Source: Trichoplax adhaerens
Lineage: Eukaryota > Animalia > Placozoa
NCBI RefSeq assembly: GCF_000150275.1
Contig: NW_002060947.1
Coordinates: forward strand, 5,495,229-5,559,228
Reading direction: 5' to 3'
DNA: 64,000 bases
Shown: one piece after another, positions 48,911 through 60,891 of the stretch
Position numbering within the stretch: position 1 is the first letter of the stretch
Layout of the letters: every line of letters begins with the position of its first letter
Position numbers and translations under genes: made by a program
The notes under the pieces: model-generated
What the model saw: the letters and a program-made list of their open reading frames with translations, nothing else
Databases searched by the model: none
What the model was told of the DNA's origin: nothing

Positions 48911-49699
48911 AATGTTTGATTTTTCAAGGCGAAAAGCTTTCTTTAAATTTAGCTACTTTCCAATTTATAATGGGCTTAAGTCAACTTAATGGATAGCAGA
49001 TAACGCATCGAGTTGAATAAGTACTTTACTGTCCTTTAGTCAAGCTGGAATAACTATTATTTTTATGTTTCAAAATAGTTTGCTAGTGCTAGTTGAGATT
49101 GATGCTGATTCTTTATACAGTACTGAATTAATTCAATATTAATTTATTAATTATAATATCTTCGATAGTAGTTAGAACTACATAAATTCAACCTTTCACG
49201 CGCTAAACTGTAGCAATTGTAAGAGATTCTTTAAAAATATTGATTTCAATGCTGAGGTTTTCGTATTTTCTATAGTTGTAATAATTAATTTAGATGACGG
49301 ATCGTAGCAACTAAAGATGCTAGTAGGTAAAGTTCTATTTCAAGGCTGATTCTTTATCATTTATCGTTGCAATTTCGGCTTATATAGCGATCGCATTGAA
49401 TGCTTGATAAATTAAAATTTAATGCCGGTGCTTTCTAAATACTCGTAAAATTTCGACCAATGATGAGTAGGCAATAGTTGAAAATATTCTGCAAAAAGAG
49501 AATTAAATTTTGTTATCGCTTAGCTGAGAAAAACTAAACTGTAACTCGCGTTTATTTACTATCGATCACTACAGCTCTAATCTAGATATTGTTGATTACA
49601 AGATAGATCATAGCAGAATGAAATGTTGAAGTGAACATTGTGATTTAATGCTGTTGCTATCCAATAAATTAGTTTCATCGTAAGGGTATCAATGTTAAG

Positions 49700-50800
49700 C
49701 AACAGTTAGTGTACGATGACAAATTCTTATACACGGAATTAAAACGACTGAATTAAATCTTTAATCATCGGACAAAAAGGAAATTGAAGAATTGGAGAAA
49801 TACCCGGTAGTGGAAAGAAAGAAATTGAAGGACCGTTGCTGACAAATTTTAACGCCGTATCTTGTAAAAAAGTTGAAGAAATGTCAGAAGAGGCCTAGAA
49901 AAGACTGAATGAATAAAATGCTGATGCTTATCCAGTCGTTAAAGTAATGTCTGGAACTGTAGCTAGTCTAGTCGTGAGCAACTTATTTAATAGAAAGCAA
50001 AAATTGACAATATTAGCATGAAGATGACGACCAATTAATCTCTTGACAATAACTACGTTGAAATTACTAACTAAGAACGTTAAGAAAATCAACTACTATA
50101 GAGTTGTATTCCCATGGCAGTCTGACGTTGGAGGCTTCATTAAACTGCGTTTATGTCTATGCCAATAGTATTAGAATAATTCTAATTTGTGACCACCTGT
50201 AGTGAAGGCTTCCAATGAATTAAGACAGCTTATAAAGAAATCAAAACGCCCAGGGCTTGTTCAATTTCATATTGGATGTATATCAAGCAATTTAGATAAA
50301 AGCTTTTTTACGGACACTCCAATTGCATAAGCTATTCCAATGCAGAATAGCCTCAAGTTTTCACTGCTAATTCCTCAATTGAAGTTGAGAAGAAATTACT
50401 CTGTGGAAATTCCTTTTCAATCTATTTCAATTTCAACCTTGGAAGAAATTATTCAATGGAGAAAGAATGCTGCTTTATTTTAGACACATACAATAATATG
50501 GACCTTAATAATCCACAGGTAGTGAGGATGGATGAAAAATAACTGAAGGCTAGTATGACTAATTAAAATAATATCAAGACTACAATAATATTTCCTTCAT
50601 CCACTTTGTAGCTATAGGAACACTAATATTTATTTTGCTGAGGATCAATGAAATCGACGACGAAATAATTGGCCTACAATTAGACTGTCTTTGAATTTTA
50701 ATCATGGGCATGACCTCGTCTTCTATAGGGTATAATTGATTATGGAAACAATGCGCGGAACGAATTTAACCTATCAGGTAGTCAATGTTAATTAAATTAG
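49700..50800 (+). mobile_element. Heavily decayed non-LTR retrotransposon reverse transcriptase
   Basis: Motif remnants in RT order across frameshifts and stops: RPINLL...LKLLTK (~50028), PWQS..GGF (~50112), FILDVYQA (~50266), PQG(S) (~50514), IYFAED (~50630). About 200 codons separate RPI from FAED, as expected for a LINE RT. Confidence 0.5.
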
Positions 50801-51660
50801 CAAAAAAATCGCCATTGATTGTTGCTAGTATCCCGCTAATTTGGATAAAGAATAGATCATCATTTGAAACAATATGTCTATACAGTGGCCAAGACAAACT
50901 CTATGCCGGTAATCCACTATCTTATTCTTGACAATAGTATACGTATACGTAGGCAATAACAAAAATAAAATACTATAAGGATTATTTTCTTTCTACGTTA
51001 AATTCAAAACCGGCTTCTTCTTTCTTCTATTATTGTGCTGTAGTGGTTATTATCTGTTAATTGGAAAGAGTGGAGATCACGTAAATTTCTGATATGGTGT
51101 TCATAGTTATATAAGATTTTCTTTCTAGAGTACATTTATGATAATCGAATAGACTTGATTGATGTAATGAGTTGGCAAGTGTGGGCAAATAAATCCGAAT
51201 TATGATAACGTAATAAATCTACTTTGAATTTTCTCTACAAGTACTGATGACGGAAGAGTCGGAGTAAACTAGAGTTGATGATGGGCTTCATGAACCAAAT
51301 TTTACAACGGCGGGTTGTAGAATCAAGGATAATCCTTACTCTATTGATGTAGCCACATCTACAACTATATTGTTTACGGCCCCAAAATCATAAACATGGA
51401 CAACTTAATTGCATTATACAGTATTAGCTTACTGGACTTTATACAAGAATGAAAATCCGCTATGACTCTAAATTCATACCAAACCAAACAGCCATTGCCC
51501 CGACAATATGACCACACTTGTCAACCACACTTTATTGCTAAATTATATTGCAGTTCCTAACGGTTAAAAACTGTCCCGTTAACGAATTTTGTTACCGTAC
51601 CTCACAATCACTTTCCCTTTTCTCCTCCTGCAAAGAGATCTCATATTGTAGATAATGCTA

Positions 51661-52460
51661 TAATAAGTAAATAAAACAATTAAGGATTAATTAGAGATGT
51701 TTCCCCATGGAAAATACATTACTGATATTATAGTATTACCTTAAATAGCAACATAGATTTAGTTGATTACAATTACTATGCCAATAAGCGTGATCAATGT
51801 CACCATGAACCGTCTATGCAGCTTAAGTAAAATTAAAACCTTCGCTAAAAATACACAGTTGGCTGAAGATGGCAGACAATTTTTGAATAGTGTGGCGTAT
51901 CATGCAGTCCTATAATTAAAGCAGACTATCATTTCACAATATAATCTATATACATAAAGTATGAGCCGATTTTTTTGTGATGCCATCACAGCCAAACGGA
52001 GAGTAAGAGGGGAAAATTATGCTTACCTTTACGAAGCTGCTTTAAAATTTGGAGCGATAATGATCGGCTACGCGGGCTGTGTACACAGATGCCATATAGA
52101 TATTCTTATGTGAAGTAATAGATTCATATATTTTGTAGAGAAATGCCGGTGTAGCCGGGTTTACACTAGCTAATAAGTCAATAAAACAATCAAGGAATAA
52201 TTAGAGATATTTCCTCTTTGAAGTGTTAAAGTGTGTATTTCCAAGCATGGCATTTGGTAAAATCACTAAGAGCAACATTGATGTTTGATTACGACGACTA
52301 TGCCAATAATAACTGCGATCAATGTCGTCATTAACCGTCCACGTAGCTTAAGTAAAGTTAAAATCTTTGTTGGCTAAAAATTCACAGTTGGCTGAAGATA
52401 GCAGACATTTTATAGATGGCGTAGCGTATCCTGAAATCCTATGATTAAAGTCAATGATCA
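51661..52460. repeat. Diverged direct duplication (~270-290 bp) flanking a Helitron-like insert
   Basis: TAATAAGT.AATAAAACAAT.AAGGA.TAATTAGAGAT...CACAGTTGGCTGAAGAT.GCAGACA...TCCTAT.ATTAAAG at 51661-51932 and 52171-52460. Confidence 0.8.
51945..52169 (+). mobile_element. Non-autonomous Helitron-like element (~225 bp)
   Basis: 5' end A|TCTATATACATAAA; 3' hairpin CCGGTGTAGCCGG then GTTTACA then CTAG. The 3' end resembles the element at 3974. The following base is C rather than the canonical T. Confidence 0.6.
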
Positions 52461-52628
52461 TATATGCAAGCACTTTTAGCAACGGACGCTTACAAAAATT
52501 AAATTGACAAATACAAAACAAAGATCAATTCAAATCATTAGTTATGGATAACGGGCGTTATTCCTGCTTGGAATAGAATGATTAAGGCTGTCCTTTCATA
52601 CTGTACAGTCTACAGTGTAGAGCCTCAC

Positions 52629-52875
52629 ATGACAAAATGTTCTTCAATAATGTCAGCAATTTCTGATATTTTCAATATTTCTTCAATAACGACATTTTCT
52701 GTCGGTGTTAAGGATGGAAAGAATCGCCACTTGTTTATCCATTTTGATGCGACTATTCTTTTGTATTGCACAGGTTCATCATGGCAGAACATTTGGTCAT
52801 TAATAATGTTAGCAATTTCTAATATTTTCAATATTTTTTTTAATAGTAATATTTTCTGTTGATGTTGAGGATGTT
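52629..52875. repeat. Short diverged duplication (~90 bp, ~154-bp period)
   Basis: AATAATGT.AGCAATTTCT.ATATTTTCAATATTT...ATTTTCTGT.G.TGTT.AGGATG occurs twice. Confidence 0.7.
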
Positions 52876-53499
52876 AAGAGTAGTAAATTAAATGGCATTG
52901 AATGATGAATAAAATTCTAGACGCTGGAAAAGGTATACCGATTAAGCCAGCCGTAGAATATTGTACATTCTTATGCAATAGACTTATTCCTCCATCGAAT
53001 TTAAGATGTTTAAAGAGTGTTCAAGTAAAACGAGCTTGTTTTTCGACCTATACAACCACTTTATACAGTTTGAAATAATAACAACAGAATACACTCTAAT
53101 TTTGCATTCTATCTGTGCATCAATTTATCCGACGTTCAGTAGACGTTTATAGAGATCAGTTTGCAATTTTTCTCACTTTCTTACAATAAATATCCTCAAA
53201 CAAGTCAACTTGGCATTTGAGCAAAGTGTAAGAAGAGAGCTCTAATATTAGCTTAGCACTAATAAATTATTCAAGAATGCAATAGTAAAACCAATGTAGA
53301 ATCTTTTCAATTGGAAAGTAGTGTAGCATGATTGGAAATATACAGATATCTTTAGGGTATATCGCGGTATATAACTAAAGTAAAATATATTTATTTCATG
53401 TAGAATAGTCAATTATGCTAAAATAAAGTAATTGTAGATGATGACAGGTGTGAATCGATGAAATAGGGTGCTTGCACTATTTTTATGCATACTAATGAA

Positions 53500-54110
53500 T
53501 TATCAAAAGATATACTGGTATCCTTTTTAAAATAAGGTAATTTTTACATTTTAATATAGAAAAAGGTAACTGGTATTGTCAGGCTATAAATAATGCCAGA
53601 CGACATAAACTCTCTTCATCACTGCTATTTTAGCCGTGTCATCAAAAAATATGTCAGTACTGCCATTTCACGTACATTATCAAAGATATATCGGTATTCT
53701 TTCAGCAATGTGTACGTTCTTACATTAAAAACATTGCATTTAAGGTATCTGATATTAAAAATTAATTCTTTCGTATCGCCATTTTAGGCACATTATCAAG
53801 AAATATCGATACTCTAGCTGCAATTTGCATGTCCTTATACTTAATATACTATATGCAGGATATCTAATGTTACAATATCTTCAGGACTGCTGTTTTATGC
53901 ATGATATCAAAGACATATCGGTACCCTTTTTGCAATTTGCGTGTTCTTATATTTAATATACTGTGTTTACGGTAGCTAATATTACAATCTCTTCAGGACT
54001 GCTATGTTATGAACATTATTGTCATCAAAAATTTATTGGTGCTCTTTCTGTAATTTGCTTATTCTTATGTTTAATGTGTATGAGGCATCTGATATTACAA
54101 TCTCTTTAGC
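53500..54110. repeat. Degenerate tandem repeat, ~115-bp unit, 4-5 copies
   Basis: AAAGA.ATATCGGTA....TGCAATTTGC.TGTTCTTATA.TTAATATACT...TATCT.ATATTACAATCTCTTCAGGACTGCT near 53680, 53797, 53908 and 54025, with a weaker copy at ~53505. Confidence 0.7.
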
Positions 54111-54862
54111 ACTACCATTTTACTCACAGTTTGCTAATTTCAACAATGCTGTTTCATGCAGAGTAGAAATGATATACTCTATCATTCCAAATTCTATCGA
54201 TATTGAACGCATAACTTATCTCTTTCTTAATTTAATAAGGAGCTGTTGTGCTATAGTTCAGCTGAGAGTAATGTAATAAATAGTTAAGGTATAAAAAGAT
54301 ACATTAATACCTGAACATTAATTTCCTCTAATAAAAAGCAAGGGTTACAGTATTTGCTATTTGGATACTAGTGTAAATTGTCGATTTTCTGCTTATTATA
54401 ACGACGATGATATTTACTAGCAACGCAACAATAAGAAAAGTCAATATTTCCTCCTCTAGCTGTGCCTTAGCAACACTCTTTCCTCAGTCCCTTGTGCTAT
54501 AAAGATCGTACGTAGACTAATTCTAATTACGCAATATATCATTAGGAATGTATGATTAATTAAGCAATTAACTATAAAGTACTTCCCACTAGATAGAATA
54601 GTTTTATAGACATTTTTTAAACGTTTCAATCTTGCAGACATTCCTGTTTCACCATAAAATGGTGAATGATAATAAATACAAAATGATCGGAGTTTAGAAG
54701 AAATGCTAAATAAAAATTTTTTTCTATTCATAAATATCAATAAATAGTCCTAAACGAGATAGGATAGAAATCTACAGGAAATGCCAAATGAGATTTTGGT
54801 CTTTTAGTGGCATAAGTAAGGAAATGCTTAAACAAAGCATGATGAAACTGTACAAGAAATCG

Positions 54863-55115
54863 TCGTACAGTCTAGTACTGTACAGTACTGTATGAGCTAT
54901 TTGCCATTTGTCGGAAATTATCTTCAGACGGACGCTAAATATCTCAAAATGAAAACGCTAGCTACAGTACAAAAAATACTCTGGAGTACAGTACTGTACT
55001 GTAAGGTACAGATGAACGTGTACAGTACAGTACTGTAGTTGACAGACAGTACGGTTTTGTGCACTGTAGCTTACAGTTCAAAGTACTGTACGTGTACAGT
55101 ACTGTATACTGTAGC
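54863..55115. repeat. ACAGT/TACTG pentamer island upstream of RBM41 (putative promoter)
   Basis: TAGTACTGTACAGTACTGTA, GTACAGTACTGTACTGTA and TACAGTACAGTACTGTAG, ending about 100 bp before the ATG. Confidence 0.8.
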
Positions 55116-55218
55116 TTACGGAGGGTAAAATCAATTCATCAACAAACTCGCCAACTCACAACAATTTCCACCTTGATTTGTACAAGTAAATGATTATTTC
55201 ATCATCAATGCTAACAAA

Positions 55219-57921
55219 ATGGTTGGAGGATCAGGTGAGTGATAGTCATAGTTGTCGAATTGAAATGGCAACGTCAAAATAGTGTATTTGATTGAGTACG
55301 ACAGTACTTGGACAAAACTATTTGACGACTGGTGAAGAAGTACAGGTACTGTGCTGTAATGACCACAGACCTTCATTCGTACAAGCATTTTGCAAATCGG
55401 TGTAGTCCCTTCGACAGGAATAGACTAGTATAGCATGCTCACAATGATCAAGGTTGCAATTCTACATGCGTAAACCTGAAATGTTGAAAATGCTTAGCAA
55501 AGGCCTCCATGCAACACGTCTAGTTACTTACAATACTCAATTTGGAATGGAGTTGATTGCCTATACTGTAGGTTACTGCAAGTGGATGATTGATTGCTTA
55601 TTTACAGTAACAAAAACAATCCAAGTCATCCTTGGAGCCAACCAATATTGCAATATACCCATCGATAGTAGAAGTCATCTCGTTTTTAGAAACTCACTTT
55701 GCATCACCAATCTATTCACAATTAACACATCTCTATACTTTTATCATTACTACAGTGAGCGGTAAACCTTTCCGAGAAGATCCAACATCCTACGCAAAAA
55801 CCGGCATTCCATGGTAAGTACAGTAGATTGCAATGGAAATGACTGCTAGTTATGCCTAGACATAGAACAGTACATCATACTGTAATAATTTACCCTAGCA
55901 TAGTCAATACATACAAGGACTGTATAGGTGACGTTATAAAAAAATGAAATCAGATACTAGTCGTTCATGAAGAAGCATAATGTTAGTGATATGCAAGATA
56001 TCGTTATAAAATTGGACTTACTGTAAGTACCTTATTTTACTCATCATGATCCTTGATACGTGCATTCTTTAAAGTGGTCATCCTACGCGATATAAAAGCC
56101 GGGGGGTAATTCGCTTGATTCGCGATTCTTCAACACCATATGAAGATCAGCGGATTGAAGCTCCTCCCAATGATAACGTTGAATCAGAAACCGATAAACT
56201 CCTACATGATTTACTGGAAAAGCAATTAAGTAAGTCCGTCGACGTCAAAAGGTAAGCCTTTCTACATGCATGCGATTGTAAACATTAGCTGGTTAAATGC
56301 TCTCAAATGGAAGATGATAGTAATCGAATACTAATCATACTCATTTTGCCAAATTCTTATACATCATGATGGCAGGCAACGTAGGGATTTTGTCGGTGGA
56401 ACAGTCGTTGATAATGCTCAGGGAGAATTTAGCGGACAATTATCTTTGGATCAATATAAAGTAAAATCGTCAATAAATGACCAAACTAATTTTTTAAGAA
56501 ATCAAGGCTTAGATGAAGAAGAGATAAGGTACCAAGCACTGTGCATACCGGATTATCATAAATGATACTCATTCATTCTTACGATTGTAGATGGAAAATA
56601 GAAGATAACATAGAGTCACAATTTCAGTCAACAAAGCGGAAAAGATACGGTACTGATCCAAGCATAGCTAGAGACAGGCTAGAAAATATCGAACGCAAGA
56701 TAATTAAAAAAGAGTCAATGCTGGCACATCCTGATAGTTTTACCAATGCTAAACCAATGAATAGGTGAAAATTAAGCATTATCAGAATGATGGACCAAAA
56801 TTATATAATATTAATGTGAAATGGATATCATCCGATTCTTAAATTTCTACATTGCTGTATGTTGCAGGCAGTTAATGGATATTGAAAAATCAATCATTCG
56901 CGGTACAGAGAAGGCGACAATGTTCAGTCATCTTTTAAGACCAGAAAGTATTGAATCAAATGCAATATTACAAGCTACAGTGGATAACGTGAACCATTCT
57001 ATAAGCACTACTGATGGTAACAATTCCAATAGCAAGTGCAAAGAATTGAACGACGAGGAAACAAGATTACCCGTATCTTCTGAAATTGACGATGCAACGT
57101 GCAAAGTAGAAATTACTATTGATCAACCGAGTAGTTCTCCATCTACGAAAGACGAAACAAGGCAAGAATATTACATTGTATGACTCACTAAAGCTTCAGA
57201 GAATTATTTTTTATAAAGCAAAACGACAACGAGTACTTTCTGTCTTCAAATATGCTATACCATACCATAGCTGAATATTTAGACTGTATAGACATACAAC
57301 TGTTGATCAAGTTATTTTATTTACTCCAATATAGAACTAAGGGAATAAATTACGGTACTGGTACCTTGCGTGATAATTTGCAAGCAGTAAAAGCAGAAGA
57401 TATTATCAAGAATAGAATAACTATTGAGGAAATAAGAGCTATGGCAAGATTTGCTCATTATGAGCAGGGAGAACCTTCTAAGGTACTAATCTATTTCCCC
57501 ATATAACTTACTTTATTCATATATAATATTCCGTAGTTAAAGCATTGACGTCTATATAAAATTTGGGCAATTGTAGGTGCTCTACATCAAAAATTTAAGT
57601 GATAAAGTCAATGAGAAAGATTTAGTCATGACCTTTATAGGATTTCAAGAAGACAGTAAAGATAATATCCGATTTCGGTTAATGAAAGGCAAAATGAAAG
57701 GTCAAGCGTTCGTAACATTTTCAGGTATAACGATAGACACTACTCATTCATGACGTATTAAACTCTGATTATCTTTATAAAATCTTATTTGATTACATTC
57801 CGTAATAATGTCAAACCTATCAAAATTAGATGTAGCTACTGCGGGGAAAGCACTAGATGTAGTAAATGGATATAAGCTGAAAGGGAAGCCCATGGTTATA
57901 CAATACGGGAAGAAATCATAA
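55219..57921 (+). CDS. RBM41: RNA-binding motif protein 41 (RNPC3/U11-U12-65K paralog)
   Basis: Exons 55219-55234, 55756-55813, 56075-56251, 56376-56528, 56591-56764, 56868-57161, 57335-57482, 57577-57724, 57830-57921. N-terminal ESETDKLLHDLLEKQL...LRNQGLDEEEIRW...RDRLENIERKI...QLMDIEKSI and C-terminal RRM GEPSKVLYIKNLS..V.EKDL...KGQAFVTF...VNGYKLKGKPMVIQYGK resemble RBM41. The first two exons are less certain. Confidence 0.9.
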
Positions 57922-58992
57922 ATACTTTGATACCGTGAGAAGAATAGCTACGTAAGCCCAAAGGATTGCGACCATAACGCAATGAAGTAAAATCATACTG
58001 ATGTACAAACACCTTTTTATTATATATATATATTAATATGCTATATTTATCTGTTTGATTATTTATGCGTATCTCCATAATGCCAAATTACATCTATTGC
58101 ACAAGACCCTATGTATAAATTTATTGTATGATAGTCAAAATTCGGTTCAACTGAATAAAATCAATCAAGCATTTGCATAGTATATACGGATTTTGCATAA
58201 CAACATATTTTCGTATGATCAACGCAACGATTGCCTGAGCAAAATTCCCATTGATTGAAATAAGTGTAGCTCCGTTTTAAGCCAATACCTTACCTTTTTG
58301 CCTTGTTTCTTATTAATGATAACAATGCTTATCGCCTTTGTTTTATCTTAGTTCTAACATAGACGAACTAGATCAATCATAAACACAATATTATCACAAT
58401 TGGGTTATGTTATAAAATCGTTTTCTTTTATGGTATGTACTTGAATTTCAAAGGTTACATTAGTTATAAGTCTAATAACAAAATTAATAGTCGTCAAGAA
58501 TAGGAAGATAGCAGTAGAGTGCAGTAATTGTAATTTAGACACAAATAACAAACTCTTTAAGCATGTTTCTGTTTAATTGCGTAATAAACACATTAAAGTT
58601 TGGTTTACATTAATATACGTTGGGCAAATAATAACTTAACCAGCGTATTGACCATCTCAATTCAGGTTTCAATTACGCTAGGATACATTGCAGTCACTTG
58701 CGAATCGATAATATTGTTATATTATGCATACAGTTTCGTCAGCTATTGCTCATGGATATCAATGGAATAAACTTCATCACATTTTTCTCAAGCATTGTGC
58801 CCTAAATTGTGCACATTTACAATTAACTCAATCTCATCAATAAAACGGTATGAAGGAAAACATAATTTCGATGTCTGTAATTATAATAGCCATTGATAAT
58901 ACAATGGAGTCGTGCAGCCTAATTCACGAATATCTGGTAGTTTACTGTATATTAATATCTACTACTTATAAAATTATTAAAATCAAACATTT

Positions 58993-60891
58993 TTAAACAA
59001 ACATTTCTTCAGTGTCGTCTTCAGTTTCAGTTAGAAGGGTATTAGCATTGTCCTTCGTATCTGTCTTTTTAGAGATATCTTTTGATACTTTGGATATCTA
59101 CGCGAAAAAAACAAATAAGTGATATAAAACCAGTAAAATGAACTTTACAGATTATTATCACAAGTCTATTTATCTCAAGTGGTAACATTGAAAATACTGA
59201 TACGATATGACTAACCGTAATTTCCTGATCAACTTCCATTGCATAATCAACAGTAGGAGAGACAGCTACCGATCTTCTATCTCGACCTTCTTCTCTCTGA
59301 ATTCGTTGAAAAAAGTTATTGTTACTCTTTGCCGTTGAGTGCAAATACAACTGATAATTTACAGGTATCGTACATAATTAAGCCCTAACCGATTTATCCT
59401 TATTCGAAACTCTGACATTGGTTTCCCCTTGATCCATGTGAGAGTCAAAATCGAGACTTAGATGCTTAGTGCCTCTTCTATTTTTCTTTGGCATAACACG
59501 TATCCTATCACGCGCAGCGCTATGATTCAGAACAGGTGAACTACTAATTGGCATACCATCCTTGTCATACTGTACAGGCTCGTCTAAAAATTATGAGCAC
59601 ATAATACAGGATCATCAGCGATTGAAAGCATTATGGTATATCAAGTAAAAGCGTAGCAAGATCTATAACATCACAATGTGGATCATTAAAAATCGGAATA
59701 CTACTGTATCCCTTTTAGAAGTGATTCTGCTATTTTGGGACCTACCTTGTTTTTGCTGATTCAATAATTTATTCGGCGTTCCTCCATCGCTATTCTGTCT
59801 CATAGTCTATAAAAGAATTATTACTCTTAGACGTCAATAATAAAACAACTTAGGGCAAAGCATTTAAGGCATCTTTATTACTACAGCCAAAAAATGAATT
59901 TCTCCAACCTGAATCGGTAATTTAACTCCTCTAGGAGGAGTTGCAAATGGGCTCTGAATTTTAAGCTTGGCATTTAATTCTTTGGCTATATCGTTACCAA
60001 ACTGTCGATTTGGTGTTTTTTGTGCGGTTATCGGATTAAATCCGATCGGTTTCTTTGCAACAGCTGGTGGAGTCGGTTTTTCATTTGATGGTGAGGAATT
60101 TTGGGCTGGCATTTTCTTTCCAAGCAGTGGATTAAAACCGATCGGTTTCTTAGCAATTGATGGTGGTGTCGATTTCTCACCAACTGGTGATTCGGGTTGT
60201 TCCTAATAGTATGTATCCCCCAAAAGAAGTCATTTACTGATAAGTATACCCTACTATCGGAATAACTAAGGTTTGCTTCGAGTTCCAATATAAAATTACA
60301 GGATAAGATATACGTGTAAAGTAACGAAACTGTTCTCAAAAAATTCTACAGACAAATGATGAGTTTAAAACCATTGGAAATTTAGCTTTATTATTCGGTT
60401 GAAGGATCGAGTTCGTAGGATTACTAAGCAAGAAATTTACTCGATTGCATTAAGTGCTATGGTAACGGGATAGAGTCAAATTCGATGAAATACCATGCAG
60501 TAAATTTCATTTCGTTCATTGTATTTCACTGTGCAAATCGATTTGTAGTATACTAGACTCGATGCATGCTTTTCTATGTCCGATTTAATTCAATTCCGTA
60601 CTTATTACGAACAGTTTAGCTATACATTCAATCATGAAATAGTGCAGTGTAATGTTGGCGCATTCTAAGCCCTTCTTTTAAGTGGGTATATTGAATACAG
60701 TACTTATATATAATACTAGTGTATATTCATAATGTCGTATGCTGTGTGCATTATATCATTACAGATGAAAATAAAATAGCTACAAACAGTGGTCATACCG
60801 ATTGATCAGCTCCACTTCTCCTTTTAAGCTTATCAGCAAGTTCTTTAGAAATATTACCACTTAGTAAAGGCATACCACCGGTTGCAGCCAT
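58993..60891 (-). CDS. Disordered Pro-rich protein with a capping-protein-interaction (CPI/CRACD-like) motif, ~275 aa
   Basis: Exons 60891-60799, 60202-59909, 59806-59746, 59583-59390, 59296-59216, 59097-58993 are phase-consistent. Contains VLNHSAARDRIRVMPKKNRRGTKH, two EK.TPP..AKKPIGFNP repeats, and two GN(D)I.KEL..KLK helices. A possible non-coding first exon has a donor at 63626. Confidence 0.7.

Noticed and set aside
53518-53526. U12-type 5' splice site GTATCCTTT (also at ~29083)
   Set aside because: One lies in a degenerate intergenic repeat and the other inside an SLC45 coding exon; no U12 intron is supported
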